From Nostoc sp. DedSLP01 (lineage in GTDB: Bacteria; Cyanobacteriota; Cyanobacteriia; Cyanobacteriales; Nostocaceae): 64,000 nt of DNA. The stretch spans positions 96,001 through 160,000 of the forward strand of contig JAVRCJ020000002.1 of the NCBI GenBank assembly GCA_034530875.2. Direction: 5' to 3'. This document shows, piece by piece, positions 18,864 through 28,959 of this stretch. The number at the start of each line of letters is the position of its first letter. The first letter of the stretch is position 1. The notes beneath the pieces were generated by a model. It searched no databases, was not told the origin of the DNA, and was given only the letters and a program-made list of their open reading frames with translations. The position numbers and the translations under genes are program-made.

Positions 18864-19766
18864 ATGACTGCTGCTGTCTGCTTAGAAAACGTCTACAAAT
18901 TTTACAACAATGTACCTGTAGTCAATGACTTGTCATTCCAAATTGAAACCGGGGAAATATTTGCTTTACTCGGCCCTAACGGTGCGGGAAAATCTACCAC
19001 AATTCGGATGCTGACTACACTCACCAAACCTTCCCAAGGACGGATAGAAGTAAATGGATATGATGTGGTACGGCAACCAATGTTAGCAAAACAGAGTATT
19101 GGCGTAGTCTTGCAGCAAGTCAGTGTAGATAACGATCTAACCGTTTGGGAAAATATGGAACTGCATGGAAGACTGCATCATATTAGCAATCCGCAGCGAC
19201 AACAATTAATTAATCAATGGTTAGAGTATGTTGAATTAACACAAAAGCGTAATGATTTGGTCAAAACCCTGTCTGGGGGTATGAAACGACGGTTGCAGAT
19301 AGCGAGGGCTTTATTGCATCAACCGCAAATGTTATTTTTGGATGAACCAACGGTAGGACTAGACCCCCAAACCAGACGACGCCTTTGGGAAATTATTCGA
19401 GATTTGAATAAGCAGGGAATGACGATGCTACTAACGACCCATTATATGGATGAGGTCGAATTTTTGTGCGATGCTTTTGGCTCTACCAAACCAGGACGCA
19501 TCGGTATTATGGATGGCGGGAAGCTAATTTCTCTGGGAACGCTAAAACAACTGCGTTCTACTTACGGTGAAGGTTTGGTGATGAAGCAATTAGGTTTATC
19601 CGAAGTAGGAAGTGACAGCGCCCTAGCTTTAGAATATTTGTTTTTCCCTTCGTTGGAAGAAGCAAATAGCTACTTGAATCAACAACCCGATAAAACTGGA
19701 ATGATGGTGCGTCCCTCTAACTTGGAAGATATTTTTGTGGAATTAACGGGACGCCAGTTAGATTAA
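18864..19766 (+). CDS. ABC-2 type exporter ATP-binding protein (NodI/DrrA-like)
   Basis: GPNGAGKST, LSGGM, FLDEPT, TTHYMDE. Confidence 0.92.
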   Translation: MTAAVCLENVYKFYNNVPVVNDLSFQIETGEIFALLGPNGAGKSTTIRMLTTLTKPSQGRIEVNGYDVVRQPMLAKQSIGVVLQQVSVDNDLTVWENMELHGRLHHISNPQRQQLINQWLEYVELTQKRNDLVKTLSGGMKRRLQIARALLHQPQMLFLDEPTVGLDPQTRRRLWEIIRDLNKQGMTMLLTTHYMDEVEFLCDAFGSTKPGRIGIMDGGKLISLGTLKQLRSTYGEGLVMKQLGLSEVGSDSALALEYLFFPSLEEANSYLNQQPDKTGMMVRPSNLEDIFVELTGRQLD

Positions 19767-19768
19767 TC

Positions 19769-20491
19769 TCAACCTCCTAACTGTCGCAGCATGGTTTCTA
19801 CTCTATCCACGCCATCTAAATCATTGCGTTGCTTGTACAAGTCGCGGGCTTTTTGAAGTGCAGCGTTTGCTTGTTTAGCTTGCCGTCGCTGTTTATACAT
19901 CGAACCCATTAATTCATAAGTTTGGGCATTATTTCTATCTAAGCTCAGTGCTTGTTCGTAAGCCCAGCTAGCGGCACTATAATCTCCTAAACGAGATTGG
20001 GTTACAGCTAAGCCTAAGTAGGCGTTAACATTGTTACGGTTCAGTTGTATGGCACGACGGTAACCTTCTTTAGCCCCCGCGGTGTCTCCCAAATTCGCTT
20101 TAATGTAACCGACTGCGTAAAAAAAGTCACTATTATTAGGGTTGATAGCGATCGCCCGACGATAAGACGTTAATGCCGCTTGATAATTTCCTTGTTGAGC
20201 GTATAAGTAGCCAATACCAGAGTAAATTTTAGCATTCTTGGGATCGAGGCTAGCTGCTTGTTGATAAACAGCGATCGCCCCAGCATAATCGCCTGTATCA
20301 ACTAACCTCCGTCCTTCTTCTAATAATTGCTTTAATTCTGGGTTTTTAGCTTGCGCCACTAATACCTGACCCTGAGCCGGTGTAGGCATACTAAAGGCAA
20401 AACATCCTAGTAACACCACACTAAACACAAATGATGTTGGCTTGTACACAGTAAATTTCCTGAAATTTTGGACGACTTTTTTCTTGTACAT
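19769..20491 (-). CDS. Secreted tetratricopeptide-repeat protein
   Basis: Signal-like N-terminus, about 4-5 TPR repeats (AIAVYQQAASLDPKN, YRRAIAINPNN). Confidence 0.85.
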   Translation of the reverse strand: MYKKKVVQNFRKFTVYKPTSFVFSVVLLGCFAFSMPTPAQGQVLVAQAKNPELKQLLEEGRRLVDTGDYAGAIAVYQQAASLDPKNAKIYSGIGYLYAQQGNYQAALTSYRRAIAINPNNSDFFYAVGYIKANLGDTAGAKEGYRRAIQLNRNNVNAYLGLAVTQSRLGDYSAASWAYEQALSLDRNNAQTYELMGSMYKQRRQAKQANAALQKARDLYKQRNDLDGVDRVETMLRQLGG

Positions 20492-21120
20492 TAAAACAAA
20501 AATGTGGACTTTTGAAAACTGTATTTTTTCGCATTAATAAAGATGTTAAGAGTTCATTTTTTGCTTACTTTACAGTCAGGACTATACCATAGAGTTTTTA
20601 CTGAATAGTGAAGTCTAAGCTCTCCCTCGGTCACCAAATTGTTCTAGATATCAATCATTCCAAGAGGAAAAATTACACTTTTTTATCAGTGCTTATACGT
20701 ATCAGGGAAACACGAACCGATGTCTGAACTCATCATCAATACGGGATGCAACAATCTTTACAGAGGCTGGAAGATTAATAACTATCTGTTAGTTTATTTA
20801 GGAATTTGTTCGGACTGTATTTAATATTTAGCCTCTAATACTAGCTTTGGTAACCGAAATAACAGGTTTTTGATTTTTTTTGCAGTCCTTACACGCTAAG
20901 ATAAATTCAACAAACAAAATGTTCCTCAACTCCTGCTTTGGTTAAGCAATACTCGCCGATGAGAATGGCGATCGCTTTTAGGAATTCTGTAAAAGTCTAT
21001 TTATCAAAATAGACACGATTAATCTCGCCTTGGGGTATTCCTTGACTATAGCGATCGCTTCAGACATCAAAGCTAACTAGTATATATAATAATGTTGATA
21101 AATATTGATGAGGTGAATTC

Positions 21121-21447
21121 ATGATTATAACTACCACTGATGTGATTCAAGGAGCCGTTATCGAATCTTATTTAGGTATTGTGACAGCAGAAGTTGTTTA
21201 TGGTAGCAATTTTTTGCGAGATTTTTTAGCTAGTATTCGGGATATTGTTGGTGGGCGCACTGGTAGTTACGAGCGTTTATTTGAGCAGGGTCAACGCAAA
21301 GCCTTAGAAGAATTAGAACAACGAGCGCAACGTTTAGGAGCAAACGCTGTAATAGGTATTGAAATTGATACTGGCACAATCAATGTTGACCAATCAGGAG
21401 TTCTATTACTAATTACCGCCACAGGTACTGCTGTGAGAATACGTTAA
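21121..21447 (+). CDS. YbjQ/UPF0145 family protein
   Basis: MIITTT..IQG..I..YLGIV, RDIVGGR..SYE, GANAVIG, ATGTAV. Confidence 0.9.
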   Translation: MIITTTDVIQGAVIESYLGIVTAEVVYGSNFLRDFLASIRDIVGGRTGSYERLFEQGQRKALEELEQRAQRLGANAVIGIEIDTGTINVDQSGVLLLITATGTAVRIR

Positions 21448-21783
21448 TTTTGATTATTTTGATTTTTGACAGCGATTATAAAGTTTTGTGCTGAGTCTAA
21501 TTGCATATACGAAGTAAAATATTTTTTCATAAAATTTAATAATCGTATTTTAATTTAACAATTTTCATATAGACATTTTCTAAATATCTATTTAACAACT
21601 TGATTGAGATGAAATTGTATTACGAACTTTTAATCAAAGCCTCTTTTTCTAACTAAAGATAGACAGATTAATTATTTCTATTGATAGATAGTGAAGCAGA
21701 TAATTTAGTTATTTAATCTTAAGCAAGAACATAAATATACCTGAACAGAAACATTGCTCAAGCAGCGCTGGAGAATATAAGCT

Positions 21784-22407
21784 ATGTCATACGTAAATCG
21801 AACAGGCAATGACGTTATTTCTACCGAGTCTACGGTAGGAGGCCGAGTAGGCGAATATCACGACCTTGTTCGCTGGGGGCCAATTATTGCAGGTTTGTTA
21901 GTTGCTTTAGCTACTCAATTAATCTTGAGCGCTATAATTGGTGCTGTTGCCGCTGGTGCAGTTGAAGGTTCAGGTGCGCCCAGGACAATTGCGCCTAATG
22001 CTGCGGGTAATGCCGGGCTTTGGTCAACGATCGCTCTATTAATTTCTCTATTTACTGGTGGTTGGGTTACAGCTCGTGCTTGCGGCCCAATGAACCGCAA
22101 TACAGCTCTGCTTAACGGCGCAATTCTTTGGGCAACTACCTTGGCAGTTAGCTCGTGGTTATTGGCAAATGGAGTGACTGGTGCTTTTGGTGTTGCTGCT
22201 TCCAATGCTGGGGAAGTCATAAACCAAGTTGGTACCCCCAATCTACCCCGGACAAACGTAACTGCTCAAGAAGCTCGTGACATTGCAGGAAATGTGCGTT
22301 CGGGATTGTGGTGGTTTGTGTTTGGTTCGTTGTTGGGTTTAGTAGCCTCAATGATCGGATCTGTAACTGGTGCTCGCAGCCCTCGCGCTAACACTTACAA
22401 TCCATAA
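21784..22407 (+). CDS. Conserved multi-TM membrane protein
   Basis: VRWGPIIAG motif and four hydrophobic segments; SD-like GGAG upstream. Confidence 0.8.
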   Translation: MSYVNRTGNDVISTESTVGGRVGEYHDLVRWGPIIAGLLVALATQLILSAIIGAVAAGAVEGSGAPRTIAPNAAGNAGLWSTIALLISLFTGGWVTARACGPMNRNTALLNGAILWATTLAVSSWLLANGVTGAFGVAASNAGEVINQVGTPNLPRTNVTAQEARDIAGNVRSGLWWFVFGSLLGLVASMIGSVTGARSPRANTYNP

Positions 22408-22446
22408 AAAATTGTCAGGAAATTCAAAATATTATTTATTTTCAAT

Positions 22447-22477
22447 AAAAGCACCTTGGTTCAAGAAAGGTGCTTTT
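22447..22477. terminator. Bidirectional intrinsic terminator
   Basis: AAAAGCACCTT-N9-AAGGTGCTTTT between convergent genes. Confidence 0.75.
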
Positions 22478-22488
22478 TGTTTATTATT

Positions 22489-23130
22489 TTAAGACTGGCG
22501 TTTGTAGCGTCCAATTAATTCTGCTGTTGCCAAAACATGACCTTCCATTGCGGCTAATATTTGGTTTTTAGTAGCACCTGCTGCTAAACTCAAACTTTTA
22601 TCTAAAGCATAAAGTTTAAAAAAGTAGCGATGGGTACCGCTGGGCGGACACGGGCCACCGTAACCAAAGTTACCAAAATCATTTTTGCCCTGCACTCCAC
22701 CATTGGGTAAAGTTTTTACAGCTGAGATATTCTCTGGGAATTCACGAATTGTATTAGGAATATCGTAAATGACCCAATGAACAAATGTTCTTCCAGGTGC
22801 ATCAGGATCGTCAACAATCAATGCTATGCTTTGCGTTTCTTTTGGGATTTCATCCCAGAGAAGTGGGGGAGAAATATTTTTTCCATCACAGGTGTATTGA
22901 GCAGGAATTAAATCATTAGCTTTAAAGGCATTGCTTTGTAATTTCATAGCGATCGCTTCCTTTGCCGATTGGTTATTATTACTCGAATTAACGAGCATAT
23001 TGCCATCACAACCAGAACTAAAAATAATTATAAATACCGATAAAACAAAAAAAATAAATTTGATTAGATATATATCAATTTGGCTTTTATTCATGAAAAA
23101 TTTTTCCATAAAAATATAATAAAATGACAA
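22489..23130 (-). CDS. YbhB/YbcL (PEBP/RKIP-like) protein, possible lipoprotein; start may be 23094
   Basis: YTCDG.N.SP, DDPDAP...FVHW, GYGGPCPPSGTHRYFF. Confidence 0.9.
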   Translation of the reverse strand: MSFYYIFMEKFFMNKSQIDIYLIKFIFFVLSVFIIIFSSGCDGNMLVNSSNNNQSAKEAIAMKLQSNAFKANDLIPAQYTCDGKNISPPLLWDEIPKETQSIALIVDDPDAPGRTFVHWVIYDIPNTIREFPENISAVKTLPNGGVQGKNDFGNFGYGGPCPPSGTHRYFFKLYALDKSLSLAAGATKNQILAAMEGHVLATAELIGRYKRQS

Positions 23131-23324
23131 TAAATAACCACTTTAGTTATATATCAAAAGTTGAGCAAAATACTTTAATCTTTCTAACTAAAGGTTAATG
23201 AATCTAAATTATTAAGATAGCTAAATTGATAAAGCCAATAACATTTGATGAAATGAAAAACCGATTTAAGGTTTTGATTGGCTGAAAACAACAAAAGCTT
23301 TAATTAGTTTCAAGGAGTATTATC

Positions 23325-23657
23325 ATGTCAGATACAAGCAAACGTGGTTTCGCTTCGATGGATGAAAATAAGCAACGCGAAATAGCAAGCAAAGGTGGAC
23401 AAGCTGCTCATGAGAAGGGTACTGCCCATGAGTTCACATCTGAAGAAGCTCGTGAAGCTGGACACAAAGGTGGTGAAGCTGTAAGTAAAGATAGAGAACA
23501 CATGGCTGAAATCGGCCGTGAAGGTGGCAAGAGTTCTCGCAAAGGAAATCGCGATCGCCATAACGACGATAGCGATACTGAAGAAAAGGGAACCCAAGGA
23601 GGCACATCAGAACAACATTCTAAAGCAGGACGGCAGAGCCACAAGAATAAGAAATAG
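23325..23657 (+). CDS. KGG-repeat general stress protein (YciG/GsiB-like)
   Basis: RGFASMD..KQREIASKGG, EAREAGHKGG, MAEIGREGG; AAGGAG SD. Confidence 0.9.
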   Translation: MSDTSKRGFASMDENKQREIASKGGQAAHEKGTAHEFTSEEAREAGHKGGEAVSKDREHMAEIGREGGKSSRKGNRDRHNDDSDTEEKGTQGGTSEQHSKAGRQSHKNKK

Positions 23658-23693
23658 ACTCATCTTCAATTAGCCCACTGGTTTTTATCTATT

Positions 23694-23741
23694 AATATCC
23701 CGCTTTTAAGAAACGTTTCTGCTTTTTAAAAGCGGGATATT
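23694..23741. terminator. Hairpin/terminator downstream of the KGG gene
   Basis: AATATCCCGCTTTTAA / TTAAAAGCGGGATATT 16-bp stem. Confidence 0.65.
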
Positions 23742-23972
23742 CTGTATATATAAATCCGGTTGAATTCTTAAAATTTTTTGCGTAGGAAGGGAATAGGGAA
23801 TGGGGAGTAAAAAGTAAGGAATCCAGTTTTCGATGTATACGGAGTTTTTTCACCAAATCAAATATGATTCCTATAACTTTTGAAAATTAAATTATTATAG
23901 GGATGCATAGCTAGCTGCCTCTACTTTAGTCTATTCAATCAGTACAAATTGCTATAAACTTTATTACACAGT

Positions 23973-24233
23973 TCACCACTTCAAAAATGAAGCTTCAATT
24001 CCTTGTTCGCGTCGAATTTTGGCATCTTTTTCAAACCAAGCAATTACTTGCTCGGATGTCAAATCTTCAATAGCAACGCCGTATTCTTGAGCTATATATT
24101 TTAAAAGTTTCAGTGATGAAAGTGTCAATCTGGTTAAAAATTTTTCTGGAGAAGACAACAAAGCCGCGTCTACTTGTGCTGACTCTTCCAATGTTAAAAA
24201 TTGGGTTGACGGTTGCTGTGGTGCTACATCCAT
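23973..24233 (-). CDS. Small hypothetical protein downstream of sufR
   Basis: 86-aa ORF, co-oriented with sufR, protein-like composition. Confidence 0.7.
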   Translation of the reverse strand: MDVAPQQPSTQFLTLEESAQVDAALLSSPEKFLTRLTLSSLKLLKYIAQEYGVAIEDLTSEQVIAWFEKDAKIRREQGIEASFLKW

Positions 24234-24295
24234 AAAATCCTATCTCAAATTTATTTTATTAGGTATGGGGCATAGGGCATTGGAGATTAGTTTTC

Positions 24296-24335
24296 ACTAA
24301 TGACTAATGACCAATGACTAATGACTAATCACTAA
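24296..24335. repeat. STRR heptamer array (CTAATGA)n
   Basis: ctaatga ctaatga ccaatga ctaatga ctaatca. Confidence 0.85.
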
Positions 24336-25012
24336 TTACAAGCTTGTACCAAATAACCACAACGGTGTTCGCCGTTGATAATCCAGTGGGTGCGTTCTAC
24401 AGTACAGTCTGGTAAAACGGCGGCAAACATTTGTAATTCATGACCGCAAATGGTGGGGAAAGATTCAGCAACGTTGGAAATGGCGCAGTTATGTTCTATT
24501 AATATGAAACTTTCGCCTCTAGAGGAGTCAGGCACATCAACGGAGTGATACTCAGCCATGAAGCCTTCAGCTTTTCTCAACTCTACTAGGTTGGCTACAC
24601 GTTCTCGCAGCGAACCGTTACCCACGCGATCGCGGTATTCTTGTGCTTTACGCTCCCACTGCTTTTGTAAAATCGATTTAAATTGGTCGTATCCTACGGT
24701 TTCAGCTAAGGTATCGAGCAGCGAAACCGCAAAATTGCCGCTAGCATCACCAAATTTATCGCTCATTGTCCGATGCAAGCGATCGCGTCCTTGACGACTC
24801 AGTTGATAAACATGCTGCGGACGCCCCATTCCGGCTTGTTCTGATATCGAAAACAAAACTAACTCCTCCGTCTCCAAATCTTTGAGGTGACGGCGAATCG
24901 CTTGCTTGCTGACTTCCAAAACTTCAGCTAGCTCAATAGCGGTTGCTTTTTCGTGCTTGTGCAGGTACTCTAGGATTTCTTGCTTGGTTGAGGACTGGTT
25001 GATAGTCGCCAT
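24332..25012 (-). CDS. sufR: Fe-S cluster biosynthesis transcriptional regulator SufR
   Basis: N-terminal HTH, GRPQHVY, C-terminal C-X12-C-X13-C-X14-C; divergent from sufB. Confidence 0.95.
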   Translation of the reverse strand: MATINQSSTKQEILEYLHKHEKATAIELAEVLEVSKQAIRRHLKDLETEELVLFSISEQAGMGRPQHVYQLSRQGRDRLHRTMSDKFGDASGNFAVSLLDTLAETVGYDQFKSILQKQWERKAQEYRDRVGNGSLRERVANLVELRKAEGFMAEYHSVDVPDSSRGESFILIEHNCAISNVAESFPTICGHELQMFAAVLPDCTVERTHWIINGEHRCGYLVQACN

Positions 25013-25071
25013 CTTCTGATGTCAAACGCTGCGGGAACGTCCCAAAAATTTCTCTGAAAATTTGACTTTGA

Positions 25072-25130
25072 CAACATTGTTGTTGTTAATTTAGCGTAAA
25101 ATGGAGATACATAAAACAACATAGCTGTTG
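25072..25130. promoter_or_regulatory. Two SufR operator sites (CAAC-N6-GTTG)
   Basis: CAACATTGTTGTTG at 25072-25085 and CAACATAGCTGTTG at 25117-25130 in the sufR-sufB intergenic region. Confidence 0.85.
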
Positions 25131-25252
25131 TTTTTGTCTCCACCACTATTCTAGCAGCCGTGTAACCACTCCGTAACGGAAGATGGGAGTCGGCAAAAAA
25201 TCTTGTCTCCCATCCTTAAAGAGATTGAACTGAACGCGAGAGATTATTACCG

Positions 25253-26692
25253 ATGAGTGCCACTGTCAAAACCTTAGTCAACCAACCTTACAAGTACGGC
25301 TTTGTCACCGACATTGAGACGGATACTATCCCTCGTGGGCTAAACGAGGACGTTATCCGCTTGATTTCGGCGAAGAAAAACGAGCCAGAGTTCATGTTGG
25401 ACTTTCGCCTCAAGGCTTATCGCCAGTGGCAAAAAATGACAGAACCAACTTGGCCTAATGTCAAGTATCCGCCAATTAATTATCAAGATATTATTTATTA
25501 CTCAGCACCAAAACGCAAGAAAGAAAAACTCAACAGCTTGGAAGAAGTAGATCCAACGCTGCTGGAAACCTTTGAAAAGCTGGGTATTCCTCTATCCGAA
25601 CAAAAGCGACTGGCTAACGTAGCTGTAGATGCGATTTTCGATAGCGTTTCTGTTGCGACTACATTTAAAGAAAAGCTAGCCAAAGACGGCGTGATTTTCT
25701 GCTCGATTTCCGAAGCGTTGCAGGAACACCCAGAACTCGTAAAAAAATATCTGGGTAGCGTCGTTCCCGTAGCTGACAACTATTTTGCCGCCCTCAACTC
25801 TGCGGTATTTAGCGATGGTTCCTTCGTCTACATTCCTAAAGGCGTCAAATGTCCGATGGAACTGTCTACCTACTTCCGCATCAACTCCGGAGACACGGGA
25901 CAATTTGAGCGGACTTTGATTGTCGCCGAAGAAGGTAGCTACGTTTCCTACCTCGAAGGTTGCACCGCGCCAATGTACGACAGCAACCAGCTGCACGCGG
26001 CTGTGGTGGAACTCGTCGCCCTCGACAACGCTGAAATTAAATACTCCACTGTACAAAACTGGTACGCTGGAGATGCTAACGGTAAAGGCGGTATTTACAA
26101 CTTTGTCACCAAGCGCGGTTTGTGTCAGGGCGTAAATTCTAAGATTTCCTGGACTCAAGTAGAAACAGGTTCGGCAATTACTTGGAAGTATCCTAGCTGC
26201 GTTTTGGTGGGTGATAACTCTGTGGGTGAATTCTACTCGGTGGCGCTGACAAATAACATGCAGCAAGCCGACACGGGTACAAAGATGGTTCACGTAGGGA
26301 AAAATACCCGCAGTACAATTATTTCTAAGGGAATCTCCGCAGGTCAATCCAGTAACAGTTACCGGGGTTTGGTAAAAATCAACCCGACTGCTAAAGGGGC
26401 GAGAAACTATTCTCAGTGCGACTCAATGCTGATTGGGGATAATGCCCACGCCAATACTTTCCCATACATCCAGGTGCAAAATAATACCGCAAAAGTAGAA
26501 CATGAAGCTTCTACTTCCAAGATTGGGGAAGACCAGTTATTTTACTTTGCTCAACGGGGTATTTCTTCAGAAGATGCGATTTCGATGATGATTAGCGGCT
26601 TCTGTAAGGATGTTTTCAATCAGCTACCAATGGAATTTGCTGTGGAAGCTGATAAGTTGTTGAGTTTGAAGTTAGAAGGCAGTGTTGGATAA
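25253..26692 (+). CDS. sufB: Fe-S cluster assembly protein SufB
   Basis: [40 protein letters not shown]. Confidence 0.97.
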   Translation: MSATVKTLVNQPYKYGFVTDIETDTIPRGLNEDVIRLISAKKNEPEFMLDFRLKAYRQWQKMTEPTWPNVKYPPINYQDIIYYSAPKRKKEKLNSLEEVDPTLLETFEKLGIPLSEQKRLANVAVDAIFDSVSVATTFKEKLAKDGVIFCSISEALQEHPELVKKYLGSVVPVADNYFAALNSAVFSDGSFVYIPKGVKCPMELSTYFRINSGDTGQFERTLIVAEEGSYVSYLEGCTAPMYDSNQLHAAVVELVALDNAEIKYSTVQNWYAGDANGKGGIYNFVTKRGLCQGVNSKISWTQVETGSAITWKYPSCVLVGDNSVGEFYSVALTNNMQQADTGTKMVHVGKNTRSTIISKGISAGQSSNSYRGLVKINPTAKGARNYSQCDSMLIGDNAHANTFPYIQVQNNTAKVEHEASTSKIGEDQLFYFAQRGISSEDAISMMISGFCKDVFNQLPMEFAVEADKLLSLKLEGSVG

Positions 26693-26776
26693 ATCGAACC
26701 AGAGATGAACGCCGAAAAACCAGCGTTCATCTTTGAACAAACCGATTCAGGCGCACAGAAAGAGAAGAGAGAAAAG

Positions 26777-27565
26777 ATGATTATTGAAAATAGCGAAGTC
26801 GTGCTGTCAGTAAGGGATCTGACGGCTAATGTTGATGGGACACCGATTTTAAAAGGTGTGAACCTAGAGGTGCGATCGGGTGAAATTCATGCGATTATGG
26901 GGCCGAATGGTTCTGGTAAGAGTACCTTTTCTAAGGTGTTGGCTGGGCACCCGGCGTATGAGGTGACTGGCGGCGAAATAATTTTCCAAGGACAAAATCT
27001 CCTGGAGTTGGAACCAGAGGAACGCGCTAGAAGTGGTGTATTTTTAGCTTTCCAATATCCGTTAGAAATTCCTGGTGTGAGTAATTTGGATTTCTTGCGG
27101 GTGGCGTACAATTCCCGGCTGAAAGCGCAGGGTTTAGAAGAAATAGACGCGTTTGATTTTGACGATTTAATTGAGGAAAAGCTGGAAGTGGTAAAAATGA
27201 ATGCCGCTTTCCTCAATCGGAGTTTGAATGAAGGATTTTCTGGTGGTGAGAAAAAGCGCAATGAAATTCTGCAAATGGCGCTGTTAGAACCGAAGTTGGC
27301 AATTTTGGATGAAACAGATTCGGGTTTAGATATTGACGCGCTGAGAATTGTGGCGAATGGCGTAAATCAACTGGCAAATCCAGAAAATTCCACGATTTTA
27401 ATTACCCACTATCAACGGTTACTCGATTATATAGTGCCAGATTTTGTTCATGTGATGGCAAACGGGCGGATTCTCACCAGTGGCGGTAAAGAATTGGCAC
27501 TAGAATTGGAGTCTCGCGGTTATGACTGGGTGCTGGCAGAATTCGCGGCTGAGGTGGGTGTCTAA
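26777..27565 (+). CDS. sufC: Fe-S cluster assembly ATPase SufC (likely start MIIENSE)
   Basis: [28 protein letters not shown]. Confidence 0.96.
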   Translation: MIIENSEVVLSVRDLTANVDGTPILKGVNLEVRSGEIHAIMGPNGSGKSTFSKVLAGHPAYEVTGGEIIFQGQNLLELEPEERARSGVFLAFQYPLEIPGVSNLDFLRVAYNSRLKAQGLEEIDAFDFDDLIEEKLEVVKMNAAFLNRSLNEGFSGGEKKRNEILQMALLEPKLAILDETDSGLDIDALRIVANGVNQLANPENSTILITHYQRLLDYIVPDFVHVMANGRILTSGGKELALELESRGYDWVLAEFAAEVGV

Positions 27566-28917
27566 TGACTATTCAAGTTTCTCCTAGTCCAATTCCTAAC
27601 TCGGATGCAGTGAGTTTGACAGCTACTCTGTTGGATAAAGATGCGTATTTAATTGGTTTGTTAGATCGAGTAACCGCATCAAAAACAGAAGGCTGGTTGC
27701 AAAGTCTACGTGAAAGCGCCGCTAATGTGGTACGCCACTCTACTATTCCCAACACCCGCGAAGAAGAATGGCGATTTACTGATTTATCTTCTCTGCGACA
27801 AGTGCAATTTAATGTAGAGACGTTACGTGTAACCTCTCTACCAGAGATTTTGCCAGAAACGGCTAACAGTCGTTTGGTTTTTGTGAATGGCCTTTACGCA
27901 CCGGAGTTATCCGCAGTCGCAGATTTACCGCCTGGAGTGGTGGTGAATAATTTGGCTGGTTTATCTGTAGGTGAACAAGAAACTGTACAACAGTATCTAG
28001 CTCAAGCTGAAGGAGCGCAAGAAGTTTTTACAGCTCTCAATACTGCTGGAATCACTGATGTAGCAGTAGTTTGGGTAAAGAAGAATGTGGTAGTTGAAAC
28101 GCCAATTCATCTGGTATTTGTTGCGGTTGCGAGTGAGAGTGCGACAATTTCACAGCCGCGTTGTTTGGTGGTGGCTGAAGCTGGTTCGCAGGTGACTTTG
28201 GTAGAAGAGTATAGGAACCTGACACAAGGGGTTTACTTTACTAATGCGGTAACGGAAATCTGGCTTGGTGAAAATGCCGAAGTGAGTCACACTAGGGTTG
28301 AGCGAGAAGGTGGAGAGGCTTTTCATATTGGGAAAACTGCGATCGCTCAGTCTCGTGATAGCCGATATACTTGTCATGCCATAACTTTCGGTGGCAAATT
28401 ATCGCGGCACAATTTGGAGATTTTGCAGACTGGCGAGCAAACCCAAACTACTCTCAATGGGTTGACGATGATTTCTGGCAAGCAGTTGGCGGATACTCAC
28501 AGTGCGATCGCTCTGAATTATCCTTATGGTACAAGTAAACAATTGCATAAGTGTATAGTTGGCGATCGCGCTCATGCAGTGTTCAATGGTAAAGTTTTTG
28601 TACCCAAGCCGGCGCAGCTCACAGATGCAGCCCAGCTAAATCGGAATTTGCTGCTATCATCAAAAGCCAGAGTCGATACCAAACCCCAATTAGAAATTAC
28701 TGCGGATAACGTCAAATGCGCTCACGGCGCTACCGTCAGTCAATTGGAGGATGATGAAATCTTCTATCTCCAAAGTCGGGGAATTGATGAAAATGATGCT
28801 CGCAAATTGTTAATTAACGCCTTTGCTGCTGAAATTATCAACCAAATACCCGTTCCCTCTCTCAGGGAAATATTACTAAACACAGTCAATAGTCTCAAGT
28901 CTCTAACTAATGACTAA
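27565..28917 (+). CDS. sufD: Fe-S cluster assembly protein SufD
   Basis: EEWRFTD, VFNGKV, KPQLEITADNVKCAHGATV, FYLQSRGI. Confidence 0.96.
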   Translation: MTIQVSPSPIPNSDAVSLTATLLDKDAYLIGLLDRVTASKTEGWLQSLRESAANVVRHSTIPNTREEEWRFTDLSSLRQVQFNVETLRVTSLPEILPETANSRLVFVNGLYAPELSAVADLPPGVVVNNLAGLSVGEQETVQQYLAQAEGAQEVFTALNTAGITDVAVVWVKKNVVVETPIHLVFVAVASESATISQPRCLVVAEAGSQVTLVEEYRNLTQGVYFTNAVTEIWLGENAEVSHTRVEREGGEAFHIGKTAIAQSRDSRYTCHAITFGGKLSRHNLEILQTGEQTQTTLNGLTMISGKQLADTHSAIALNYPYGTSKQLHKCIVGDRAHAVFNGKVFVPKPAQLTDAAQLNRNLLLSSKARVDTKPQLEITADNVKCAHGATVSQLEDDEIFYLQSRGIDENDARKLLINAFAAEIINQIPVPSLREILLNTVNSLKSLTND

Positions 28918-28952
28918 TGACTAATGACTAATGACTAATGACTAATAACTAA
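28906..28952. repeat. STRR heptamer array (CTAATGA)n overlapping the sufD stop
   Basis: About 6 tandem CTAATGA units. Confidence 0.9.
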
Positions 28953-28959
28953 TCTACCA

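Noticed and set aside
25676..26347. 223-aa antisense ORF, and many similar shadow ORFs in the track
   Set aside because: Lies wholly opposite well-supported genes such as sufB; codon-bias artefact
26705..26776. N-terminal extension of SufC (likewise CobQ 52217-52264 and 42472-42537)
   Set aside because: Upstream in-frame starts run through intergenic or repeat sequence; homology begins at the downstream ATG
28906..28952. Tandem arrays as a possible CRISPR (also 24296, 55033, 62495)
   Set aside because: Heptamer STRRs without unique spacers; no cas genes
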